This document shows, one piece after another, positions 1 through 7,459 of a DNA stretch of 41,845 bases; the stretch's first letter is position 1, and each line of letters starts with the position of its first letter. A model generated the notes under the pieces. The model saw only the letters and a program-made list of their open reading frames with translations, did not search any database and was not told the DNA's origin. The DNA is from a virus. Lineage: Duplodnaviria; Caudoviricetes. The position numbers and the translations under genes are program-made. Location of the stretch: positions 1-41,845 of IMG/VR virus record IMGVR_UViG_3300031576_000135. The stretch is one strand, 5' to 3'.

Positions 1-242
1 GGACGGCCCGCTGCTCGGTCATCGCGCTCCTGCGCGCGCCCTCGCGGGCGTTGGCGACCCCTACCGCCCGCGCCTCGAGGCCGAGTGCCGGGTCCTCCGG
101 GAACTGGGCTTTGACGAAACCGATCAGTTTGAGGTTTTTCGTGTCATTCAGCAGGCGTTCGCGCTCGGCGATCACGGCGGCCAGCTTTGTTTCATCAGCG
201 AGTTCAGCGGCTGCGCGCTCGGTGGCGGCGGCGAGGTCTTTC
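1..242. repeat. Terminal direct repeat, copy 1 (circular-assembly overlap)
   Basis: 1-242 matches 41604-41845 except for two substitutions (128 T/41731 A; 135 T/41738 G); one gene reads through the junction. Confidence 0.95.
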
Positions 243-367
243 ACCTGGCCTGTATTCACGAGCACGCGCCGGCGCCGGTCGAGCTCTTCGAAGAGTTCGT
301 TGATCTCACGCTCCGAGAGATCCGGGGCGGCGGCGCGAACGGCGTTCAAGCACTTCTCGAAACTCAC
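1..367 (-). CDS. 5' part of the large ejection/internal virion protein that continues at 41603-39505 (about 821 aa in total)
   Basis: GTG at 367 overlaps the upstream TGA (GTGA) and follows AAGGAGG; reads MSFEKCLNAVRAAAPDLSERE...LAAVIAERERLLNDTK, in frame with ORF 39505..41778. Confidence 0.85.
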   Translation of the reverse strand, partial: MSFEKCLNAVRAAAPDLSEREINELFEELDRRRRVLVNTGQVKDLAAATERAAAELADETKLAAVIAERERLLNDTKNLKLIGFVKAQFPEDPALGLEARAVGVANAREGARRSAMTEQRAV

Positions 368-3294
368 GAGCCCTCCTTGGGCGCGCAGTCGCCGATCGCC
401 TTGTAGGCTTTCTCGTACTCGTCGGCCCGGGCCCGTTCCGTGGAGGGTGCGGGGGCTTCGGTGCCGGCGGCGGCGGCTGCCTGGTCGGCATTCTGACGTG
501 TTTCGGCGAGGAGCGCTTCGGCCTCCTGGATCTCGGGGCTCGAGGTCGCCTTGGCTTGGCGTTCCTCGAAGGCGTTCACGATCTGCTCCGGCTTGAACAC
601 TAGGTAGTGCGTGCCCTCGCCGCCGATGTCGAGGTAGTTGTTCTCGAATACCACCGCGTCGTGCCCGGCCTCCTTGGCCCGCCTGACGATGTCCTCGAAG
701 ACATGGCCGGTCGTGCGCCGGCCTTCCTTAAACTCTTTCCCGACGTCGATTGTCAGCGGGTTATTGGCGATCAGGTAGGAGGGCCGGATGTTGGCGCCCT
801 CACCGGCGCCGCGCATCGTGGCGAAGGAACTTGCCTGCTTCGGGTTGTCGGTGAACCAGAAGCCTTGCGCTTTACCCCAACCCTTCCAGTCCTGCATTTT
901 GTCCGTGCTGAATTGGTCGAAGGCCTCCTGGGTGCCGTGGTAGACCTGGATCGGTTTGCCGTCTGGGCCCTTGAGCAGCTGCTCGGCGAGCGCGTCCTTG
1001 GCGAGTACCCGCGTCCCGAGTTCCTCATGCAGGCCCAGGCGCTCGTTCGCCATGTCGACGAGGAAGTCGATGGCGCGCTGCTCGATCTTCTTCAGCGGCT
1101 CGCCCTTCAGCGCCTTGGCCACCGCGCGCTCGTAGGCGCGCGCGTTCATCTTCTTGTCCGGACGGCTCATCCACCACTCGGCGTTCGGGATCCACTGGGT
1201 GAACGCTGGCACCCCGAGTTTCGTTGCCTCGCCGAATTCGTCGATTGCATCGCGCCCCATTTCCTTGATCAGGCGCCCGCGGTCGAGCTGGCCGCCGACC
1301 TGTGCCCAGCCGGTCTCGTGATCCGCGATGTCGCGGATGGTCGCGCGGATCTGCGGGTCTTCTAGGCCGCGGGGGCCCGTGCGGGCTTCTGGGGCTGCGG
1401 GCGCGCTTGGCGCCTGGCGCGCAGGCGCCGGCCGGCTGCGAGCAGTTTCTGCGTTCTTGTCAGCGTCACTCAGGATCTCCCGAACTGCGGCCATGAAGGC
1501 CGCGTCATCGGCCTCGTGCAGGACCGCAGCGCGCTCGACTGCCGCTTCGTCGATGGATGATGCGCGCGCGACAGCGTCGGTGTCCAGTATGTTTTGCCTG
1601 GTGGCTGGCAGATCCACGGCTTGCAGTTCGTCGGCGATCGCTGTCCACTCGTCCGCGCCGCGCTGTAGCATCTTGGCGCGCTCGATCGCCGCATCGTGCT
1701 TGCCTTCGACCACTTCCTTGGCCAGCACCTCGAGTTCGCCGGCGATCTCTTTCGCGCGTAGCGGCTCGCCCTTGGCCCGCGCCTTCGCCTGCAGGTGCTC
1801 GATCGCGAGCGCCCGGAAGGGCCCTGGCCCGGCTTTCTGCAGTGCCGCATCTACCGCCTTGGCCTCTTGGGCTTCCGGGGCGCCTGGCGCTTCGCCGGTC
1901 GCCTGGGCTGCTGGGCCCTTGGCCCCGCCCGTAGCGCCTTCCTGGGGCTCACCTGGCGCGGCCGCGGGCGCCTTTGGGGCCTTGGGTGGCCCAGCCTCGA
2001 TCACCTTCGCGGCGGCTTGGCTCGCCTGCTTGTCGGCGGCCACCAGGTTCTCGGGCTCAAGCTGTGACCGGGCCCGGCTGAGGACTACTTCAAGCCCCTG
2101 GCGCTCGGGGCCGAACACCGGGTCCTGGCGTACCACGGCATCCACATCGATCTTCTGGCCCTCGATCGCCTGGGCGACAGCGGCTCGAAGGGCGTTCGCG
2201 TGGGTCTCGGGCCCGATCGCCTGCAGCACTTCGCGTGGATTGCCGGGCACGATGATCAAGCCTTCGCCGCGCTCGAGGCGCTCGCGGACCTCAGCCAGGT
2301 CCATTTGAGCGAATTTGCGCTCAGCGATACCGGCTGCATCCAGGAGGCGCCGGTCGTCAGGCACGGCGGCTTCGGCCCGCATGCGTTCTTCGGCTCGGAT
2401 AAAGCCCTCGATCTCGGCCTCCGAAAAGCGCATGCGCTGTGCGCCGACCCGCGCTTCGGCTTCGGCGCCGGCTGCGGCGGTGCGCCGGGTCTGTTCCATC
2501 TGCGCGCGCAGGTCCTCCGGGATGCCGGCCCCGCGCTCGAAGCTATGGTCGAGCTCTTGCTGGACGCTGCGCTCAAGGCCCGGCATCATGTCGCGCAGTT
2601 GCTCGTCCTGGATCTGGCGAAGGCGCCGGCTCGCTACCCAGATGTCTTTCACCGCACCGCCCGCTACCCGGATGCCGGCGGAGGCGAAGGTGCCAAAGGT
2701 GATATTGGCGAGGGAGTCGTACAGGCTGTAGTCGTCCTGCAGGTCGCGCCTGAGCGCGATGATCGGGCCTTCCACAGCGGTTGCGCCCACCAGCCCTTCG
2801 GTTGCGCCGACCCCGGTCCTGATCACCGCGCGCTCACCCGCCGCGCTCGCTTTCTCCAACAGCATGCTGTAGCGCGTGCCCCCCATGATCGGGATGAAGC
2901 CGGCGGCCACGTTCAAGGGATCAAGCAGGGTGCCGGCCAAGCTCGCGGCGAAGGAGCCGATCGCGGCGCCGGCGCCCTCGCGCCTTGCGTAGAGGACCTG
3001 GCGCGCGGCGTCATCACGCCGGCGCTCGATCAAGAGGGAAAGCGCGCCCTGGGTCAGGCCCTCATCTGGCACCTTTACCTTAACCCCGGCGAAAGTCGCC
3101 TGCTGCTCGGCATCGGCCTTGGAGAGTCTGGGGCCGATAGAGCGCGCGTCGTTGATCTGGGCGCTCATCATCCACAACGGGATTGGGTTGGTCTCGAGGG
3201 CTTCGTCGAACGCCCCGCGGATCGCCCGGCCCGCCGGTGCCGGGTAGTCCAGCAGGCTGATGCCTTGCGCGGCGCTGTCCTGTGTGGTGTACAT
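364..3294 (-). CDS. Ejection/internal virion protein with a C-terminal ADP-ribosyltransferase-like (ART-PolyVal-type) domain
   Basis: 976 aa, Ala-rich and helical, between two other ejection genes; C-terminal DGKPIQVYHGT...GFWFTDN...SYLIANNPL...GHDAVVF...YLVFKPEQI. Confidence 0.75.
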   Translation of the reverse strand: MYTTQDSAAQGISLLDYPAPAGRAIRGAFDEALETNPIPLWMMSAQINDARSIGPRLSKADAEQQATFAGVKVKVPDEGLTQGALSLLIERRRDDAARQVLYARREGAGAAIGSFAASLAGTLLDPLNVAAGFIPIMGGTRYSMLLEKASAAGERAVIRTGVGATEGLVGATAVEGPIIALRRDLQDDYSLYDSLANITFGTFASAGIRVAGGAVKDIWVASRRLRQIQDEQLRDMMPGLERSVQQELDHSFERGAGIPEDLRAQMEQTRRTAAAGAEAEARVGAQRMRFSEAEIEGFIRAEERMRAEAAVPDDRRLLDAAGIAERKFAQMDLAEVRERLERGEGLIIVPGNPREVLQAIGPETHANALRAAVAQAIEGQKIDVDAVVRQDPVFGPERQGLEVVLSRARSQLEPENLVAADKQASQAAAKVIEAGPPKAPKAPAAAPGEPQEGATGGAKGPAAQATGEAPGAPEAQEAKAVDAALQKAGPGPFRALAIEHLQAKARAKGEPLRAKEIAGELEVLAKEVVEGKHDAAIERAKMLQRGADEWTAIADELQAVDLPATRQNILDTDAVARASSIDEAAVERAAVLHEADDAAFMAAVREILSDADKNAETARSRPAPARQAPSAPAAPEARTGPRGLEDPQIRATIRDIADHETGWAQVGGQLDRGRLIKEMGRDAIDEFGEATKLGVPAFTQWIPNAEWWMSRPDKKMNARAYERAVAKALKGEPLKKIEQRAIDFLVDMANERLGLHEELGTRVLAKDALAEQLLKGPDGKPIQVYHGTQEAFDQFSTDKMQDWKGWGKAQGFWFTDNPKQASSFATMRGAGEGANIRPSYLIANNPLTIDVGKEFKEGRRTTGHVFEDIVRRAKEAGHDAVVFENNYLDIGGEGTHYLVFKPEQIVNAFEERQAKATSSPEIQEAEALLAETRQNADQAAAAAGTEAPAPSTERARADEYEKAYKAIGDCAPKEGS

Positions 3295-3371
3295 GGCCGC
3301 TGTCTAGAAAACGGTAACTGCCTGATTTGGCAGTATGCTGCGGTGCATTTTGTTTATGGTTAGAAAAACGC

Positions 3372-6300
3372 TCACGGCGCCCGCACACCCTTCTTGTAAA
3401 CATCGCTGAAGCGCGCCGCCCGTACCTGATTTGCCAGTTGCCCGAGGTCCGCCCACGTGCGCCGTAGCGGGCTGCCGTCGGCGTTGAGCACCGGTTGGGC
3501 GCCGAGTCCGGACTTCACGTAGAGGGAGAGTCCGCCGTCACCTGGGCTGGTCACCCAGAAGCCGTTGTCGCGCACGGTGTCACGCCATTGTTTTTCAAGG
3601 TCTTCCGCCCGCGCGCCTGCGCCCGGTACGCTCGGGACCCTGAGCGGCGTGCTCTCGGCCGCATCAAAGCGCGCCGCGTGCGCGCCGCCGCGCAGCACAC
3701 TCGCTGTCGTTCCGGGGCCCAGCGCTGACTTCGGCACCCGCCAGGTGTCTTCGAATTCGTACTTGAAGCCGGCCATCGACTCGAAAGCCTTCGCTGCGGC
3801 ATCCCGTGGCTTCATGCCCTTTTGCAGCAGGAGCACGGCGAGCGAATCTGCCGTGTCGGCGTAGTTGTCGTAGGTTTCCTGGCCGCCGATCTGCCAGGCA
3901 AGCGTGCGCTGCAATGGCTGGAACTCCTTCGTCACGAGCTCCTTCAGCGCTTTCTGGTCATCCGGGTTGATCCCCTGGCGCAGCGCCTCTGGCTTCATCT
4001 TGAGCGCCTCGGCGATCAGCTGCTCGGCCTCGGGCTTAACCCCCAGCCCGATCACCACGGCGCCGGCCGGGATGCCCTTGGCCAGCTGCTTTCCCACCAT
4101 CGGCCAGTATTTTCCCCATTGCTCGACCATGCCGCGCATGACGCTCGCCGCATCAGCGCCCTCACCAGGCGGCGTGGCGAACTGCTTTGCGATCGCATCC
4201 ACCATGGATTTAGGCAGGATCTGCTGGTTCGTGATCTCGAGGCGTTGCTGCTCGGCGAGGCTGGCTGCGGCGTAGGCCTGACTCGCTTGCGCGCGCTCGG
4301 CGGGGTCGGCGGTTTTGCTGCTCATCAGCTTCGAGAGGTCCTTGAAGGCCGCCTGCACCGCCTGGCTCGTGCGCAGCACCGCGAGGCTGGGGTCTTGTTC
4401 CCGGTCCTTATTCACGAGTTCGATCGCCTTGCCCAGCTGCTCTTGGCGCTTTTGCGCCGTGGCGAAGCCCTCGCCTGGCTGCGGGGCGCGCGCGGCGAGC
4501 AGCACCGCTTGCTGGGAGAGGGGTAGGGTGCCCACTGTCCTGATGTCATTGCCGAAGGCCTGGGCGTTGCCGAGTTCCTGGTCGATCTTCATGCCTTCGT
4601 ACTGCCCGAAGACGGTGATGAGTTCCGAGGGGGTCGGGCGGTTTGGCGCATCCATCCCGCGCTCCAGCGCTGCGGCGGTATCGAGCACCCGGCCTTTGAG
4701 CACCTCGCGCGCCTGCGCGATCCCTTGATTCGCCTGGGTGCGGGCGAGTTGAAAAACCTGGATCTTCTGGTCGCCTGGCAGATTGTCGATCGTGGGGTTG
4801 CCCGTGCGCGTTGTGAGGACGTCGGTTGCGGTCATGTTGGCGATGCTCGCCAGCATCGTGGGCTGCGCCACGGCCCCGCCGCGCCCGGTGATTGCCTTGG
4901 GGTCGGTGGGGATCGGTTTGCCGTCCAATGCCGCGCCGATCCCCGTGGCGATCTGCTCGTCGGTGTAGGCGCTGGCGGCGGCTTTGCCGTTTTCCGCCTT
5001 GATGATGGAAGTGGCGAGATTGGTCAGTACCTTGCGATCGCGCAGGTTGAGCGGCTGCTGGGGATCAACGCCCAGATCCTTGGCCACCGTCGCGATGTAC
5101 GCCCTGGTATCGTTTTCGACCGATGGCGCCCAGCGGTTCACGATCGCATCCACGGTTGTGAGTCCGCGCTCGCCATAGGCGAGGAGGTTCTTGCCGAGCG
5201 CCCGGATGCCATCCTCTGGGGTGGTGAACGAAGCGTACTTCGGGTCCGTGCCCTCGACTTCACCCTGCCACTTGACCGGGCCCAGGATGATGTTGCCGGG
5301 GTTGTTGTTCCGCACGCCACGTGGTTGCGGCTCGAACTTTTTCCCCTGTTCGTTCGAAAGGCGCTTGGCGAAGGCGGTCGCGTTCTCCGGGCTGTCGAAT
5401 TTCCCGAGATGCCGGCCGGTCGCGCGGTAGGCGTCAATCGCCTGCTGCTCGGTCAATTGGGCGCCCTCGTCCGTCAGGCTCGGGAGGAGGATCTGCTGGC
5501 CGCCCTCGTTAAACGACATGGAGCGGATGGTGCTCGTCGTGCCGTCTTTATTCTTCACGGCAGGGCGCTTGCCGATGTCGATGTTGCCGCGCTCGAGCTC
5601 GCCAGGTGCTTTCTTGCCGATCCCGCCCGCCGCGATCGGCGCGCCGCCGATGGCGTTCAACTGCGCGGCGAGCACTGGCGCCGCATCCTTAAAGAGGCTC
5701 TCGCCCAGTTTCGCTGCGACGTCGGCGCTGATCCGCTCCTGGTTGCGCTGATAGGTGGCGAGCGCGCCCGCGGGGTCCTGCATGCGCTGGCGGTTGAGAC
5801 GTTTCGTCCAGCCGGCGTCCTCGTATTGTTTCACGCGCAGTTTCGTCGTGGCCGCGTCCCATCCCTGCATCTCGCCCTGGCTCGCGGCTTCGCCGCGGGC
5901 GGTCTTTAGCGCCTGCTCGAAGCGCACGTCGTCGTTGTAGGCGAGGCTCGCCGCGTCGAGCTCGGTGATCGCGCGGGAGTCCGAAGTACCCAGTTGCCAG
6001 TTCCTGTTCTCGACGCCTGTATGGGAGGCCATCGACTGCAGCGCCGATTGGACGCGGCTCGCGAGCACCCGGTCGGCCATGCGTTTTGCTTCGGGGCTTT
6101 TCAGGGATTCGAGGGCTTCGGAGCGGATCTTCTCGGCCGCTTCGGCGGCCGTGCGGTAACCGTCGACCGCGTTCTTGCCCTTCGTGTTCATGAACCCGGT
6201 CTCGGGGTTGTATTGCAGTTCGATCAGGCGCCTGGTCGCGGCGATATCCGCGTCCTTCGCCTCAGCCTCGTTCTTGAGACCTTGTGCAGCCAGGGCTGAG

Positions 6301-6461
6301 CGCGCCATCTCGTCAGCGGCCTGCAGGCCTTGCGCGCCCGAGCGCATCATCGCTTCGCCGATCTGGCTGCCGAAGTCAGCGCCGCTCGCGCTCGTCCTCT
6401 GAAAGGGCGCGGCGGGGCCGCTTGGCAGGACTTCGCGCGTGGGGGTGCCTGGGGCTTTCAC
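3372..6461 (-). CDS. Large ejection protein with a putative peptidoglycan-hydrolase (lysozyme-like, RNNNPGNI) domain
   Basis: About 1029 aa from a GTG overlapping the upstream TGA; internal GVRNNNPGNI...YASFTTPEDGIRAL...RWAPSVENDT...IIKAENG; position equivalent to T7 gp15/16. Confidence 0.75.
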   Translation of the reverse strand: MKAPGTPTREVLPSGPAAPFQRTSASGADFGSQIGEAMMRSGAQGLQAADEMARSALAAQGLKNEAEAKDADIAATRRLIELQYNPETGFMNTKGKNAVDGYRTAAEAAEKIRSEALESLKSPEAKRMADRVLASRVQSALQSMASHTGVENRNWQLGTSDSRAITELDAASLAYNDDVRFEQALKTARGEAASQGEMQGWDAATTKLRVKQYEDAGWTKRLNRQRMQDPAGALATYQRNQERISADVAAKLGESLFKDAAPVLAAQLNAIGGAPIAAGGIGKKAPGELERGNIDIGKRPAVKNKDGTTSTIRSMSFNEGGQQILLPSLTDEGAQLTEQQAIDAYRATGRHLGKFDSPENATAFAKRLSNEQGKKFEPQPRGVRNNNPGNIILGPVKWQGEVEGTDPKYASFTTPEDGIRALGKNLLAYGERGLTTVDAIVNRWAPSVENDTRAYIATVAKDLGVDPQQPLNLRDRKVLTNLATSIIKAENGKAAASAYTDEQIATGIGAALDGKPIPTDPKAITGRGGAVAQPTMLASIANMTATDVLTTRTGNPTIDNLPGDQKIQVFQLARTQANQGIAQAREVLKGRVLDTAAALERGMDAPNRPTPSELITVFGQYEGMKIDQELGNAQAFGNDIRTVGTLPLSQQAVLLAARAPQPGEGFATAQKRQEQLGKAIELVNKDREQDPSLAVLRTSQAVQAAFKDLSKLMSSKTADPAERAQASQAYAAASLAEQQRLEITNQQILPKSMVDAIAKQFATPPGEGADAASVMRGMVEQWGKYWPMVGKQLAKGIPAGAVVIGLGVKPEAEQLIAEALKMKPEALRQGINPDDQKALKELVTKEFQPLQRTLAWQIGGQETYDNYADTADSLAVLLLQKGMKPRDAAAKAFESMAGFKYEFEDTWRVPKSALGPGTTASVLRGGAHAARFDAAESTPLRVPSVPGAGARAEDLEKQWRDTVRDNGFWVTSPGDGGLSLYVKSGLGAQPVLNADGSPLRRTWADLGQLANQVRAARFSDVYKKGVRAP

Positions 6462-6988
6462 GAAAACGGGGTGAGCCCTGCTTGTTTGAATTTCATCCAC
6501 TTATCCGACACGCTCGACGCCCCGCCCACAATCGAGGAAAAAGCACCGAGCGTGCCCGCTTCCCGCGCGCTGCGCCCGCGCATCTCATCCAGCTGGGCCT
6601 GGGCTGCGTAGCCCATCCCCTGGCTTTCCCAGCCGTAGGCTTCGCGCGCGGCATTATTTCTGATGGTGAGCGCGTCGATCTCGCCCTGCTGCGCGACATC
6701 CTCCTGGATGCGGAGCGGAGAGCCTGAGTCCAGGGTGAGGCCGGCGGCGCCGGCACGCATGCGCTGGCTGGAGATCATTTGCGCTGTACGCTCGCGCTTG
6801 ACTTCTTCTGCGGCGCGTCCCTTTTCGATCGCGTACTGGGCGTTCTGGTTGGCGATGATCTGGTTGTTCCGGGCGACCGCCGCTTGGTACTGGGCCGCCT
6901 GTTGGTCGGCTGAGCCCTTTTGCATGGCGCCGATCGCCGAGGTTGCCGCGCTCAGGACAGTGAAAATGATGCTCGCGTTTGCGCCCAT
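6458..6988 (-). CDS. Internal virion protein, T7 gp14-like
   Basis: 176 aa, Ala/Gln-rich, hydrophobic N-terminus, AAGLTLDSGSPL motif, follows the gp13-like gene. Confidence 0.7.
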   Translation of the reverse strand: MGANASIIFTVLSAATSAIGAMQKGSADQQAAQYQAAVARNNQIIANQNAQYAIEKGRAAEEVKRERTAQMISSQRMRAGAAGLTLDSGSPLRIQEDVAQQGEIDALTIRNNAAREAYGWESQGMGYAAQAQLDEMRGRSAREAGTLGAFSSIVGGASSVSDKWMKFKQAGLTPFS

Positions 6989-6991
6989 GGG

Positions 6992-7459
6992 TTAGCTCGG
7001 GCTCCTGAGTTCGACGCGGTTAAAGGGCAGTCCCAGCACACCGAACGGTGCCGCTGGATGGACCGTGAAGCCCATCCAGAGAAGCCATTTCAGGCACACG
7101 GCGTGGCGGGCATCGACCCAATTCTCGAGGACCTGGTAGGTCGCGCGGACATCGTGCAGCGTTCTGCCGCAGCGGCGCAGGAAACTGATGGGGTATCGAT
7201 CGACCAAGTCCGACGTGAGGAGCCATGGGCAGCCGATTTCACCCAAGAGGCTCGCCGAGCCCACTCCCCAGATCGCCGCCGGCTCGCCGTTGACCCGCCA
7301 CGCCCAGGCATACTCTGAGCGCGCGAAGCTGCGGCGCGCGGCCTCGAGGGGCGATAACTTGCTCATCGCCCAGACCTCGGCGACCTCTGCGGCGCGCAGC
7401 CGCTCGCCCACATATAGGGCATGCTCGAGCGTGGCGGTCACGGTTTCGAACCTCGTCAT
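6992..7459 (-). CDS. GNAT-fold virion assembly protein, T7 gp13-like
   Basis: LRAAEVAEV...PWLLTSD...LENWVDARHAVCLKWLLWMGF pattern; immediately after the nozzle gene. Confidence 0.75.
   Translation of the reverse strand: MTRFETVTATLEHALYVGERLRAAEVAEVWAMSKLSPLEAARRSFARSEYAWAWRVNGEPAAIWGVGSASLLGEIGCPWLLTSDLVDRYPISFLRRCGRTLHDVRATYQVLENWVDARHAVCLKWLLWMGFTVHPAAPFGVLGLPFNRVELRSPS

Noticed and set aside
1-242. Biological direct terminal repeats of T7 type
   Set aside because: The repeat falls mid-gene and the terminase is P22-like (headful); an assembly overlap is the simpler explanation
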